47,216 nt of DNA from Syncephalis fuscata S228 (GCA_025786725.1 JAHLTZ010000075.1:1-47216); one strand, 5' to 3'. Shown: positions 10,920-27,507, counted from the stretch's first letter. The notes: a model not told the origin generated them from the letters alone. Made by a program: numbers and translations.

Positions 10920-13900
10920 ATGAGCAATTCGTCGTTGCTCCCAGATGGCTCACTTAAATCCGACGGCAGTGCCCTCGACGATGGCACTATCTTCGGTAGC
11001 AATAGCACACTAGGTGTATCCAGCAGCAGCAGTAGCAGTTTATCCTTGGAAACACTTGGTATTTACTTTGGCTTATCCCTTGGTCTGCAACTTCTTTTAA
11101 TAGTTCTTTTTTCGCTACTTCGTCCTAAAAACAACGGTAAGTAATATCAATAGTAATACTGCTAATATCATTATTACTGCTACTACAACGTAATTGATAC
11201 AAAGAGTAAATTTACTAAATTTTTATTTTTATTAATAGTTATTTATGCCCGACGAAGTAAATACATTGATGCCAAGTAAGTATATGTTATTAATACGTGT
11301 ATTTATTTAGTTGCTGACATATAACTACAAAGTCGACAGCCTCCTAAACTTGCCCCTGGCTTGTTCTCGTGGATAAAGCCAGTTCTATTTGCTAACCATG
11401 ATACACTGGCCCTTCAATTGGGCTTAGATGCAGCAGTGTTTCTAAACTTTATTCAGTTTTGCGCCCATATCTTTACCATTCTTAGTGTTATACTGCCACT
11501 CGTTCTGATTCCAATTAACTATACATCTTATATAAAACAACTGGCGCCTAACCGGCCAAAGGAAAAGGATGATGAGTTTGACTTTTCCCAGTTGTCGATT
11601 ATTGCAGTTGGCAAGGATACAGAACAACTATGGGCACATGCCGTGATGTGCTGGGTAGTTTCATGTGTGTTCTACTATGCAGGCTATCGATTATTCCGAA
11701 GGATTATCGCTTTACGCCAAAATTTGTTTGCATCGCGTGAATACGCCGAACAAATCCACCCACGCGTTATTATGGTCACTCAACTACCTAAAGAGTATCG
11801 ATCAGATCGTGGTCTACACCGATGGCTAGGTGAACATGGTGTATGGCATCCAAGCGTGGTTGCTGTTTGTAATCGTAAAATTGGTAATCTACCAAAGCTA
11901 GTGGAAGAACATGAATATGCCATTCGACAACTAGAGTCACTATTAGCAAAATATTATCAAAGTAAATTCGCCTATACGTCGATTGGTATAATTGTAATTA
12001 ATTATATTTATATTTATTAGATCCAGAGAAAATGCCTAAAAAACGACCCACCCGTCGTGTTAATGGATATTACGGAGAAAAGGTTGACGCTATTGATTAT
12101 TACGCACACCAAATTGATGAACTTGAAACACAAATCTATGCTACACGACGTAAATTCCGTGAATTCAGTCCATCAAGTGTCGGATTCATTTGCTATCCAT
12201 CAATATCAGAGGCACATCAAGCAATGCGTATATTGCACAACCGTATGAACTCAATCAAACGACTTACTAAATTAAAGAAAATACCTCAAGTAACACTAGG
12301 AACACCGCCTGATGATATTATTTGGACGAATATTACACTTCGACTACCCGAGCGTACATCGCGTCAATTATCCGGCACACTTGTATTTATTGGTCTATTG
12401 CTATTTGGTATGGTGGCCGTGTCCTGGATTGCTACACTTACAGACATTCCCAAGATTATGGCTAACTGGGCATTTACCCAAAAGCTATTTAATCGGTTTA
12501 ATAAGTTTTTCCGCTTAGTTTCGGCCAGTATCAGCCCGCTACTTATGGCGCTATTCTTTATGGGATTGCCCCGCCTACTACGTATGATATCGCGTTATAA
12601 AGGCGCCTACACGAATGGACAAGTGCGTAAAGCAGTGTTGAAGAAGTTTTTTACCTTTCTATTTATCAATCAGTTAACCGTGCTTATGACGGCCTTTATT
12701 ATTGCCATCGCCATCGATATCAGTAAAGGGCGATGGAAGGCACTGTTCCAATCGGTCGAGCCTGGATTCAAACGTATGGTTCAAGCGATGGTCAAAGCAT
12801 CAAGTACATGGATTACGTTTATTACACTACGAGGTGTTGGTTTATCGATTGAATTGGTTCAACTGCTTGCACTGATTCGTATATTTTCACGCCAACGATT
12901 ACTGCACCCAACACCGCGTGAATTAAAGGAATTCACTCAACCACCACACTTTCCATTTGAAGTGATGTATGGCAATTCCATATTTCTTATGCTTATCGGT
13001 ATTCTGTTCTCCGTCATTTCACCAATTGTTTTGCTATTTGCCCTGTTAAACTTTGCAGTTGCCCTTATGGTATTCCGCTATCAGCTAATGTAAGTATTGA
13101 TATATTGGTATTAGCATTAGTATGATTAATTACTAATACTGTTTTAATAACTACTTAGGTATGTCTATGCAACAAAGATCGAACGTGACGGTGCTTTATG
13201 GCCCACTGTCTATAATCAGTGTATTGCTGCTATTACATGTTTCCAATTATTGATGGTAGTAGTGCTTAATATCAAGAATGCACCCGTCCAAGCATGCATT
13301 GTTATTCCACTGCCTTTAATTACTGTGGTGTTATGGTCGTTTGGTAAAAGCCATTTAATGCCACAGTTTAAATATACACGCACTCCAACAACGCCAGTTG
13401 AACAACCAGGAAGTCGTGATTTAAATACCGCCTTTACTCATCCTGCTTTCTCGGGTCCATTACTTCGAGTAATGGTGTCACGTTCCATACAAGCAGCCAG
13501 TCAACGTTTGTGGCGATCCAGCGACCAACAAGTGAAGGAAGATCCGTATAGCGATAAACGAAAACTAATTGAAACATCAAGTGTCGTATCAATGGAGCGG
13601 GGCGATAGTGGAGCCAATAGTGCAGATGCCATTTCTACCTGGTCCCGCCCTACGATGGCCTCTACAATTATTAATGATCCAACAGCGACAGTGAATGAAG
13701 CAAAATCACTTAGAATGCGCAAACCATCTGTATCAACATCATCGACATCGTCATCCTCTTCATCGTCGTCAGATAAAGTAGAAACACTAGCTGATCTGCC
13801 ACTTCGACGTAATATTAATAGCGAAGGTTGTTGGAATCAAGATTGGGATGTAGTTAGTGAAGTTGATGTCGAATTAAATATGGATGATGAATCTGAATTT

Positions 13901-14119
13901 ACCGATAATGACAACAATACAACCAACAATAATTACTTAAGACGGGCCACACTCGCTACAGCTACACTAGCCGCATCCATCACCACTACTAATCCGCATT
14001 CCATTGTTGTTGTGCCATCCAATGCACATCGATCCAATACTACAGTGAATAGAGGCCGTTATGCTTCACCGCCTATTGAGCTTCAACCGATGAGACAGCC
14101 TCCTTCATCGGCCAAGTAA
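10920..14119 (+). CDS. OSCA/TMEM63/CSC1 (DUF221, RSN1-PHM7 family) Ca2+-permeable mechano/osmosensitive channel
   Basis: Exons 10920-11136, 11239-11275, 11333-11961, 12021-13089, 13159-14119. Motifs FSLLRPKN.VIYA.R, GLDAAVFL.F, VLIPIN, GEKVDAIDYY, P.DIIW.N, PTPRE, YQLMYVY..K.E..G..WP; many TM segments. Confidence 0.95.
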
Positions 14120-14522
14120 ATTATACAATACATATAGCCATGGCTACTTTTATTATTATTATTATTATTGTTATTATTATACATTGTTATACAATACATA
14201 TAACTATGGCTATACTATATTACCAGTCTTTTTATTTAATGGTTTTATTTCTTTTGATTTTCTTCAATTGCATTCACATCTTTTGCCTTATTTGTCACAC
14301 ACACAAATCACAGATCACAAATCACATCACAGATCACATCTAATGTGAGATCTAAAAAATAAACTCAATATTTGATTGATTCTCTCATGTTTGCAACTTG
14401 CACTTTTATCTTGTTTGTAAACAGTTCATGTTATACTGAATTGTTCTTTATATTAAGCTATACCAGATAAACACACACACATACACACATATATATATAT
14501 ATATATTGACTGACTAACTGTT

Positions 14523-17500
14523 ATGTATCGACTACGACAAGTAAGCCATGACGTAAGCCTTTGTCAATAACTACTTGTTGACGGTGTCTATCTCTATTTA
14601 TTATTATTATTATTACTATTCAAACTAGTGGTATCGGACGGGCAGTAGTCGTGTCTCGATAGGTTCGCGTACTATGGCCACTGCAGTAACGCAACAAGGC
14701 CATCCTGTACCGGACTATACTAGATTCCAAACTAATTTACAAGCTGTACGTGGTCAATTAGACCAGCGCCCACTTACATTAGCCGAGAAAATTCTATACT
14801 CGCACTTGACAGATGTGAATCGTGCACACGGACTTGTACGAGGTGAATCCTATTTAAAGCTGTCGCCTGGTAATTATCTATATATCTATTAAATTGATGT
14901 TTATTAATAATTAGTATATTATAGATCGTGTGGCTATGCAAGGTAGATATAAAGCCTATCAAGCAAGTTTATAATAACTGGCATATGGATGATTGTGTAT
15001 GTTTAGACGCATCGGCTCAAATGGCTATTCTTCAATTTATGCTGTCAGGACTACCAACGACTGCTGTACCCACCTCAGTCCATTGTGACCATCTTATTGT
15101 TGCACGAGATGGGGCAGAACAAGATGTTGCAACGGCAGAAGAGACAAGTCATGAGATTTTTGAATTTCTAGACAGTGCTTCACGTAAATATGGCATGCAT
15201 TTTTGGAAGCCTGGTAGTGGTAAGTGAAATGTAATAATAGTAACAATAAAGATGCTAATGTTTAATGGGAAGGCATTATTCACCAAATTGTATTGGAGAA
15301 TTATGCAGCACCTGGCACATTAATGCTTGGTACAGGTAAAGTAACAATATTTGTTAGTGCTGATTAATTAATTGTAACTATTTTAACTATTCACTATAAT
15401 AGATAGTCACACACCCAATGCTGGTGGATTAGGCATGTTGGCCATTGGTGTGGGTGGTGCTGATGCCGTTGATGCCATGGCAGCCATTCCTTGGGAGTTA
15501 AAGGCGCCAAAGATACTTGGTGTACGTCTTGATGGCCAATTAAATGGCTGGACAAGTCCAAAAGATGTTATTCTTCATTTGGCCGGTCAACTTACCGTAC
15601 GGGTACGTAGTTGTAAATATAATCAAATATAAAAGCTAATATGGCTAGTATAGGGCGGTACCGGTCATATTATTGAATATTTTGGACCTGGTGTAGCATC
15701 GCTTTCCTGTACGGGTATGGCTACCATTTGTAATATGGGCGCTGAGGTAATTAATAAACTATATGGATATATGTGTACATCAGTCATTTATAAAGCAGCA
15801 ACTGCTTTTAGGTGGGGGCTACAACATCAGTATTCCCTTACGGCGAGAATATGCAACGCTATCTACAAGCAACACAGCGAGCAGAGATTGCTAAAGCAGC
15901 CGACAAAGTGGCAGCGGACTATCTACGGGCCGATAAAGCTTGTCACGATGATCCATCTCGCTACTACGACCGCGTCATTGATATTGATCTATCCAAGTTG
16001 GAACCACATTTGAACGGTCCATTTACGCCAGACCTATCAACACCGCTGAGTCAATTTAAGGAAGTAATAAAGAAGAATGGATGGAAAGATGAAGTGCGCA
16101 CTGGACTGATTGGCAGTTGCACCAATAGCAGCTATGAAGATATGCAAGTATACATTCATTGTAGTAATAATGTTATTGACGATGCTAATACTATGTGTAT
16201 ATATATATATGTGTGTGTGCGTGGTTTTAATTAGGTCACGCGTTGTTTCGGTAGCTAGTCAAGCGGAGAAACGAGGTCTTAAAATGAAGAGTCAATTCCT
16301 AGTCACTCCTGGTTCTGAGCAAATTCGTGCTACGGCCGAACGAGATGGTCATGCTCAAACACTTCGATCAGTGGGCGGCCAAATGCTGGCTAATGCCTGT
16401 GGTCCATGTATTGGACAGGTAAATAGCCTATTTATACAAACTATGATGGATGAATACTGTTTATTGATCTGTTTTAATAGTGGGATCGTAGCAGTATTAA
16501 AGATCAAGAACAAAATGCAATTGTTACTTCATTTAATCGTAATTTCCGCAGTCGCAATGATGGCAATCCAAATACCATGAACTTTTTAGCATCTCCAGAA
16601 GTAAGCAGTGTTAGAGTTGTACAATTACAAGTAACTAATTAGTTATATTTATTTAGATTGTTACAGCCATGGCGCTTTCAGGAAAGCTTAGCTTTAATCC
16701 AGTTACTGACTCGTTAACTGATGAGCAGGGCCGTTCATTCCAATTAACACCACCTTCTGGTGATGAACTGCCGCGTGAAGGATTTGCTACCGGTAATTAA
16801 ACACATCGATGGATGTAAATAGAATAGTGTGGTTAATTCTAGTAGGCAATGCTTCATACAAACCACCGAGTGAGGCCAAGGCAGATGCCAATCAATCAGT
16901 AGTCATTGATCCAGCATCTGCCCGTCTTCAAGTGTTAGATCCATTCCCGGCATGGAGTGGTGAAGAATTGACAGATTTGCGTGTACTAGTCCGTGCTCAA
17001 GGCAAATGTACCACCGATCATATTAGGTGAGTAAAATAAAGATGTATTTATAACATTTTATATGAATACTAATTAATGAATGAATGAATTGATTGATTGA
17101 TTGACCCATTAATATAACAGTGCGGCTGGCCCATGGCTTAAATACAAGGGACATTTAGAGAATATCTCCAATAACACACTCATTGGAGCAACTAATGCTG
17201 ATAACGGCAAGGTCAATTCAGCTATTAATGCAGTGACTGGCAAAGTAAGCCACTGTTGATCGTAAAGAAATAATACTAATTTATAATATATAGGAAGATA
17301 CTATTCCCGAGGTGGCTAAACAATATAAAGCTGCCGATATACCTTGGCTAATTGTTGCCGATGCAAGTTTAACTAAACTACTATGTCTATTTATTAATAC
17401 TAATCCTATTTATTATTTGTGATATATAGCACAATTACGGTGAGGGGTCAGCCCGTGAACATGCTGCTATGCAGCCACGCTATTTAGGTGGCCGTCTTAT

Positions 17501-17798
17501 TGTAGCTCGATCATTTGCACGTATTCACGAAACCAATTTAAAGAAACAAGGCATTCTACCATTAACCTTTGTTAATGAAGATGACTATCAATGGTTTACT
17601 AATAACAGTGTTGTCAGTACACGTGGATTGGTCGATCTAGTTAATCAAACAAATGGAAATAACACTGTTTCATTAGTGATTACCACACCTGATGGTAAAG
17701 AGCGAGTTATTTCTACAAATCACACCATGAGTGCCGATCAGCTTGAATGGTTCCGTCATGGCAGTGCATTAAATCGTATTGCTGCTCTGTCTCAATAG
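14523..17798 (+). CDS. ACO2: Mitochondrial aconitase family protein, ACO2-type (probable homocitrate dehydratase)
   Basis: Arg-rich presequence; [25 protein letters not shown] (18-nt micro-exon 14925-14942), [57 protein letters not shown] and EGSAREHAA are ACO2-like rather than ACO1-like (NRNFTGRND, EGSSREHAA). Confidence 0.9.
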
Positions 17799-17908
17799 AT
17801 ATATATATACACATATATATAGTTAATGGAACTGAAAAGAATAAATGATATACTTTTATTATTATTAATATTATTATCTTTGTTGCTTTTATTAAAACAA
17901 TAATTGAA

Positions 17909-19520
17909 TTAGGAAAGATCAAATCCTGATTCAGTACTAATAGCATACAGTAGTTTCCTATTCATATCATCAATTAATAAAAGTTAATTAAACCTGTCTA
18001 TTGCTTACTCTTTCATAATTGCATCCGTATTAAATGGTGGCAATTTTAGTAGATTCATACAAGTAGCCGCTGTAGGTAACCGATCTTGATCATTCTCAGC
18101 TGGATTAATGGCAAACTTGGGACGTAGTTCAGAGAATCCAAGTAGTGGTGGACGAGAACAACTTGTGGCAAATCTTAGTAATTGTCGACGCTGTTCATCG
18201 TCAAATTCGCTAACCACTCGCCAAAAGCGTTGAATTACTGGATGTCGTTTATTATAATCGCCACCATAGACTGTGTTCTCACGTAAATCATCAATATCAA
18301 TTGGTTTATATGCACCGCCAATTAATCCTTGTAGCTCAAGCTATAATATAAATAGTACAGTTAATGTTGAGTAAATCCAGTAATATAGCCATTTAACTTA
18401 CCGTGTCAAATAGACGAAGCCAACGTAGTTCAACTAAATTTGAAAGCCCTCGAAGGAAAGCTCTGCTTTGACGATCAATCTGAACATTTAATCGATAGTT
18501 TGCTACCAAATAGACGTAATGTAATCGGTTATCACTAGTAACTGGAATACTGGCTCCATTGGGTAACAATGGTCTTTCACGAAGACCGTCACTTTCTACA
18601 TAGCTTATTAATAAATATATATATATCAATTGACTAGTTGATTAATTCGCCATTACCTTTATCCATAATGGTAAAATTAAGCGCCAAATCTTCAACATTG
18701 CCTTCATAGCCCTTTAAAAACACTAATCCTCGATAAAGATCCGGATCTAGCGAGGCCAAATCTTCCACTATTAAATAGAATAACAACAATTGTTACTACT
18801 ATTATATATATACTAATCTATGCTTATAGACTACTTACAACTACTAATCTTGCCCAGCCATTTGTTAAGAAAGAAGCCTGCAATGGTCATATCAAGTAGA
18901 ATACCATCGCGTATAGCTAGACCCACAATAATACCCAGGAATTCATACTTTTTCAAATTGTTTTCTATAATCAAATCAATATTTAAATAAATTTCTATAT
19001 AATTCCATAATAAGCTTACCTTGAAGGGCAAATGCATCCACTCGTGGATATAATCGATTATCAGTGGTAACTGAGAATAAATCATGATTACTAAACGCTT
19101 CCTTTGATAATCTATTAATTGTTAATATTACTAATTAGTACTATTTAAAAGGCTGTTACTTACACTGTAAGAAATTCTTTAAAGATGCCTAATTGTCATA
19201 CTGATTAATAAGCAATCCATTATATTTACTAATACCGTTATCGTCTTACCGCCACCAAAGCCTGATTCTACCATATCAAATTGATTAACAAATCGAACCT
19301 GGAAATCGCCATATCGTCCACCCTCTATAACTCACAAATATTAAATAGTAGTTAATGTAAATATAGCCTATTTACCTTGATTCATAATCTGATCAAAGGC
19401 GTCCTCAAATATATGTGTTCGTCGAACATTAATTTCTCTTCGTATCATCATTTGATTAAAAGGCCGGTCTCTCTCTATAATTAATAGACTAGTTAATTAA
19501 AGGTCCACTAATACACAAAC

Positions 19521-19553
<33 letters not shown>

Positions 19554-22131
19554 CGCCTACGTTCTCTATGACCTATCAGCTGTTGTAATAACTGAACTCG
19601 ATCCACAAATGGAATAAGGAATGGTATCTGCCGTAGAATAACACTTTGTCCACTAGCATGTAGTTGAAACTCTTCATGGTTAATTCTGTCCTCATCCTCG
19701 TCCTCGTCCTCGTCTTCATCCTCCTCTTCTATATCCATAAACTCTTTAATGTCAAACTGTTGTACATTCAAGTCAGGGTCATCGAGATACCAGTGTCCAG
19801 CTGGACAGAATCTTCTACGAGCACTGTATAGATATCATATGGCTCGTATAAGTCATTGTTTCCTACAATGCTACTACTTACTCTCTGGCATGAATTTGCT
19901 GTATCAATCTTATAGATGCAATACGTAATTGACGCATAATCATATTTTGTTGGTGATCAACTACAATAGCCCGACTATTTAAAGATTTACACCAAACAAG
20001 AGTAAATGCTACATTCTAATAACAAATAAATAGAATTAATACAACGTATATTATAACTCCAATATTAATAAACACCTACTCTTAAAATGGCCGACAGATC
20101 AATGATATCTGGTAAGGACAAAGGATTGGCACTACCATAAAACTCGGTATCAGTCAAAGTAACTAGAGCCCGACTGTAAAGTTCACACATGACTAAAAGA
20201 CCGGCCGATGCACCAGTATATTGTGATTCTATATATAATATATATAAAACATATTGTATATTGTATATTAGTAAATAATATTTATTATTATTATTAATAA
20301 CTTGTCTATACTTGCCTTTAAATACTGATACTGAGAATCTGTGAGTATGTAATTCATCCAGTAAAGCAGATGATTTCAATAGAGTCCAACATTGTTGTAA
20401 TAATGGTATTTCTTCAGTACGAGCCAGTAACACAGCCATCAAATCATTTCGTATAAATCCCCATTGTCTTAATACCACCACCAATAATATAAATAAATTC
20501 TGCTGATGTTCAACATTACTCATATCTGAAGAATCGGTAATGGCTCGAATATGCTGTATATTATTGAATAGTGCGGCTGCTTGTTTATGTTGTTCATTGA
20601 CTATTAAATGTGGTTGGCTTCTCAGTGATGACCGTGATTGAGTGGGTGACATGTCATCATCGCTTATTACACGAATATCTAATGAAAGATTAATAAATAT
20701 ATTACATTATTTGTTATTAATGTACCTGAATCCACCGCTGGTTGTAGACATGACGGCATTTCAGTAATACATTTACAAAGTACCTTTATGTAAGCAATCT
20801 TTATGTTTACCATATTGTTAATTCAGTAAATGATTGTATTCTATCTAGCTTACTCTATTAGCGGCCGACAATTGAGATACTCGCTTTTGACCAAATGTAA
20901 TGATATTGACCAGTATATTCATGGCATTGCTTGATGAAATAATGGATTCATCCTGAACTAGCGACATTAATAGACGAGAAAAGGGTAATGCAGTAGAGAA
21001 CTGTCCTAGCATATCTAATGGCAGTCTATGTGCCAACTGTTCAGCCGATAAAAGTGTATCACAAATAGTGGTAACGATTTTATCTGGTGGTGCAGATTGC
21101 ATAATAAGCACAATACAGCTACTTGTTAAATTGACCAATGGTGAATCTTTTTGTCCTAATGGCTATAGTTGTAACAGTTAAGTAGTTATTATTAATATTA
21201 ATTATGATATTTACCTGTGCTACTAAATATTGACATAGACTAGCAAATACGCCATTGCTTACAAATGCTGTATTTAATACAATACTGCATATTGATTAGT
21301 TAATAAATATATATGTATACATGTATATTTATATACACTACTTACCCGTCCTGTGCACTAATATGTGCATTGGCCAGTGCAGGTAGATTATTGATGTTTA
21401 ACAGATGCTTTAATAGCTGTAGAAATATAGTATTGCTTGATGTATCACTAGTGACCACTAAGTATATAGTCATACAGTCATCAGGACCTACCTAAATTTG
21501 CTAGATAGTTGGTGTATCACTAATTTACCCAGTCTTTGACAGCGAAATCGCCACATGTTATGCGTTTCTGGATATAATAGTGGCGCGTATAACCGAAGCA
21601 CACCCGAATGAAACACACCAGCATCGTTGCTCTGAGGGTCAGTCGCAGCGAGTCCGCCATTTGACTCTATTGGTTTAAGCAATGCCTCACAATAATCTAC
21701 TAAGCGTTGAAGGTCATAGCGTTGCTGGTAGAAGATGAGCAGCTGTTCTGTCAACTTGTCCTGCTGTTGACACAATTCAATAGAACTAGACTGACGTAGC
21801 GATAAGGATATATTATCCCATGACTGGCTATAATCATATAGACCGGCATCCCATTCAGCACGAGTCTGTGCGTTAAGCGTGAATCGCTGACGTCTAGCCT
21901 TCCAGAATTTCTATTCAACAGTTAGCATGGGTCGCGCTGGTGGTTGTCGGTAGAGTTATAGTGCGGACTTGCCTGAATCTGTGTGGCAGCCGTTTGGCGA
22001 CGACGCTCTTCCTCGCGCTGTTGGCGCTGTTGCTGAGCCTGCTGTATTAACGTCAGGCGATTGTCCACGCGCTGGCTACCGCCGAGACGAATGTTTTTTC
22101 GCCGTTTATAGTCACCTTCAAAAGAGAACAT
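17909..22131 (-). CDS. HUL5: HECT E3 ubiquitin ligase, HUL5/UBE3C-type with N-terminal IQ motif
   Basis: N-terminus MFSFEGDYKRRKNIRLGG, IQ motif AATQIQ/KFWKARR, IPFLIPFVDRV, LLRFATSCSRPPLLGF, catalytic RLPTAATCMNLLKLP, C-terminus KLLYAISTESGFDLS*; multi-exon. Confidence 0.92.
19524..19553. repeat. (TA)n microsatellite in a HECT gene intron
   Basis: Direct reading. Confidence 0.9.
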
Positions 22132-22653
22132 GGCAACGCTGTAGAAGGTTACAAAATGCTGCTGCACACACGTATAATGCAAAAAAACGAGGAAGTTTTG
22201 TATTTAGTTAAAGGCAAAACTTTGTATTTTATTGGCTAATAGCCAATGGTGTATAAAATGAACAATTATTACACAACAATAAAGCACATCCATTGTAACA
22301 TATCACCGTAATTACGATGATAGGATATGAGGTATTTATTTGTCATTAACTATTGATTATTAATAGGAATCAAGTGTAGTAAAATAACATTGATTTATAA
22401 CTGCAATACTCATACTGCAGTGTATATTGTTTAGTCGTCAAATAATACAGTGTAGCAAAGTCTAGATAAACAAGGCAATGACTAATCGCAAAAACAATAT
22501 ATTTTATTGCATGGTATATTAATTGGTTGGGCTGAATAGATACAAATGCTATATCTAACAGATATGCTTCATAGCGTTACGCTCTTATTCGTAGCAGTAT
22601 ACTATTAGCTGAAGAATAAAAGCGTCTTAATCTATTCACAGATGTGCATCGAG

Positions 22654-24141
<1,488 letters not shown>

Positions 24142-24614
24142 TGTGTTTAAAGGCAAATAGATATATAAGCAGAAAAGTCGCGATTGAAAAGTTGGAACAG
24201 TACAAGGACATATTCAACATATTTATAATACACTATGAGTAAAAATGGCCTGATGTAAGTCGGATGATGTATCATCAACGGCTATTGGCTAATCAATAGC
24301 GCGGTATCTAATTACTACGCAAATATTTACATGAACTTTTATCACAATAAACACGAAGCGTCTATTGTAAATTATTTGCCAATAGACACCGTTTTAACAG
24401 TAAACTAATGATGTATTATTTGTACTAATCATTTTATTAAACTGTTTAATCGAATTTGGCTGAATCTCTCTAATTTTATATAATACTATTGTTAGTTGGG
24501 CATTATCATTAAAGCCGCCTTTAAATCATTTAATAAAGTAGTCGATGATATAGATACATGACAGTTTTACACTACATAGGATCTATTCATCATCGTTGTC
24601 ATTATGAAGGTGAT

Positions 24615-24923
24615 TTAAGAAGGCCGACTTCCACGCTTGCGAGTTTTCGCTTTAGGTGGAGGGGATAGGATAGTTGGTGTTGCTAGTTGTTCTGGTACTG
24701 ATGGTAGCGGTGCAGCTTCATGATTAGCCGGTGCGGCTGGTGTATCTGATAAAGTAGATAGGTTTGGTAGAGGTGGCAACACCGAAAGACTTTCTAAACG
24801 GATGTTGCTCGTAGGACGATTGGCGTGAATTTGATTTTCTTGACGCATACTACGTGTAGCCACGTATCTTCGCCTGCATAGGAAGCAGTTTTGAGGTAGA
24901 AAGCTCGTTAAACACTGCCCCAT
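24615..24923 (-). CDS. 102-aa orphan Pro-rich protein with N-terminal MGQCLTS acylation motif
   Basis: Single-exon ORF from the first ATG; GC-richer than its flanks; basic C-terminal tail. Confidence 0.55.
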   Translation of the reverse strand: MGQCLTSFLPQNCFLCRRRYVATRSMRQENQIHANRPTSNIRLESLSVLPPLPNLSTLSDTPAAPANHEAAPLPSVPEQLATPTILSPPPKAKTRKRGSRPS

Positions 24924-25267
24924 AATAATAAATAACAAAGAAAGCTTTAAAGTAAAACAAATAAGAAAAAGGCGATGGTTTGGTTCTTGTTACAACAAGG
25001 TTACAACAATTGATTCGGCGGCAACTACGACGACGACGGTGATGATGATGATGGCAGTTTTGCGTTAAATTATAAATATATCGTAATTAAGAATGACAAA
25101 TGAGCTTATCAGTAATAATGACCATAATAAATAGATCTTTATCAAGTTATATAGTGTTAATGGATGGCGCTAAACATAAAAATAAAACGGATAAATAGCA
25201 AAGGTAGCTAGCGATAGTGGTCATAGATATCGGCTATTGATATAATTATCCATGGATCATCCTTGTT

Positions 25268-25750
25268 CATGTGGCTATTGCCAAGAGGCATATGGTGTAT
25301 ACTACCAGTCTACTACCGTCATTCATTGAGGCATGCCAAGAAGTCAATGGATTATTGCCGTATTTAGAAGTGCATGATTGACCATATCAATGTCCTTGAC
25401 ATTTGCCAAGGATAAACCTGCTATAGACGAGTCTAGCCGGTAAATTATTAAGCATGATGCCTGTCACGCTTATTGACGGCTTCTTGGGTCGAAATTCTTC
25501 ATGCGACGTAGTGGACGTTGTGTCGATCTAGCACCCGGATAATAAAGTGGATCTAACCAAAGTATTGTGCTTGTCGATTCTTGAGCTATTTGCCCAGCTA
25601 TCTGTTTGTTATCGTTATCGTTGTCCCTTTTACTATTTTTAGTGTCATCTTTACCGATACATTCATTATCGGTGAATGACTCAATATTACTAGTAGATTG
25701 GTCATTGTTGGTTTACCACTATTGTTTGCCTTGTCTTTAGGTAACGACAT
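25268..25750 (-). CDS. Probable orphan gene broken by several -1 frameshifts (MSLPKDKANNSGK..LWLDPLYYPGARSTQRPLRRMKNFD..)
   Basis: ATG at 25750 and coding-like composition. An ~80-codon open stretch follows a one-base correction at ~25712; the 3' end is uncertain. Confidence 0.35.
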
Positions 25751-26949
25751 TTAGAATCGTGTATTCGAAATAGTATATGGCAAGTGAACAAAATAACTAC
25801 ATTGCACAACTTGTATAGACGGGTCTATTTATTGTTTCTGCACGTCAATGGCATTTAATATCTCGAGGATTAATGGCCATAATAAAACAATTATAATATA
25901 CTTGTGAACACTTGTGATCATTCAATGATACATTTATTATTGTAATGCACTGGTTCATCAAATCATTAACTTACATTTGACTATTTGCCCATTAATGTAT
26001 CCTTTTCTTACCTTGCATATTATTATATGATTCTTTAATTGATATAAGATCAAACTGATCATTGTAATTACTATTGTTATATAGATATTATTTATATATT
26101 ATAAAAACATTTAGCTAGATCATTATAGCCTATTTCATCGTTATGCACTCTTATTTGGGTTCCGTCTTACACTAGACGTTAGTTCGCCCGATGTTAAAAG
26201 TTATATTCTCACGACCACGCCAATCAATAGCGTACGTGGACATAACACAGCTTGAAGCAAAAAAAACACAAATATGAAAGGATAGTAGGATAGAGGAATA
26301 TCATGATGATATAAACAGATGTCATCAAAAACCAAATAGTATCGGAATGACCGACTAACTAGTTAGTACACGTTGAACCAGCTGTTAAACTGATTTAGCG
26401 TATAAAATATGTTGTTACACGGTAAGATGTCGAAGGACCCGCTTGCGTAGACAGACAAATGTTGTTGTGCCTATACAATAGCATCTATCTTGTTTTAGCC
26501 AGTGTAGCGCCATTGAAATCTTCTCCAGTAGTCGTGATTTAGTAAATCATGTCAACTGGTGGCAATTCAGTCTTTGGCCATAAAACGCTATCACCAATAT
26601 GGTAATGATGCGTGTAATGATAAGACAATGATTGAATATATAAATATATATACCAAATAGAAAGCCGTGTACAGATAGGCTACTGGTAGAATGAATCAGA
26701 GCGATAGTAATGGTAGTAATGGGGTGGTGATGGTGGTGGTAATAACCGTAGAGATGATAGGAAAGAAAAAGAGAGAAAAGAAAATGCACTGGCATCATTA
26801 TTGAATAAATTCATATGATTACCTGGCAGCAGTGTATAAACGATATCCAGTAAATGGATGCTACAAAATAAACACATTACCAGAGTGCAATTCAGCTACA
26901 ACTAATTAAAAGTCTATACGCGGCCAGCCTGATCATATAACCTTTCGTA

Positions 26950-27507
26950 TTAATCACTGTCTTGTTCCTCTATTAGTATAATAATATTGTTATTATTAGT
27001 TAATTATTATTATTATTAGATCTATTAATATGATCGTTTCACTTACGAAAGCGAGAAAGCCGACGAAATAGTTCACGTTCTACAGAATTGGACGCTACTT
27101 GGTCCAGTTGACGAAATGCTTCTTACTGCGCCAAGTATCGAGGCTGAAAATGCCACGCCTATCGCCCTTTCGACGACCACGTTTACCAGGCCGGTCTGCA
27201 TCGCCAAGTGTAAGCGAGAAGACAAGTGGCAGTCCACGCGAACTGCTCTGGTCTTCGCTATCGGAGCTATAACGGCTACGAGCATCACGAGTGTCTGTTC
27301 TAAACCGACGGAGATTTAATTTGTTGGTAATGTGACAACATTCTTCAATTTACGGCTTCTCCATCCCGAGGCGCATCCCTCGCTCGTCTCCAGTGTGTGA
27401 CTGCCTTGAGCCTTAATATCAGAATGGCTTGCAATATCAGTGGTAGAGGTATTCGTGCTAGCACCACCCGGCATCATTCGCTGCATCAAATTGCGAGCAA
27501 GATTCAT
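26950..27507 (-). CDS. ~160-aa Arg/Ser-rich orphan protein (two -1 frameshifts, one intron)
   Basis: MNLARNLMQR..KLKNVV / ITNKLNLRRFR..DTWRS / EAFRQLDQVASNSVERELFRRLSRF, intron 26970-27046, last exon QEQDSD*. Confidence 0.5.
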
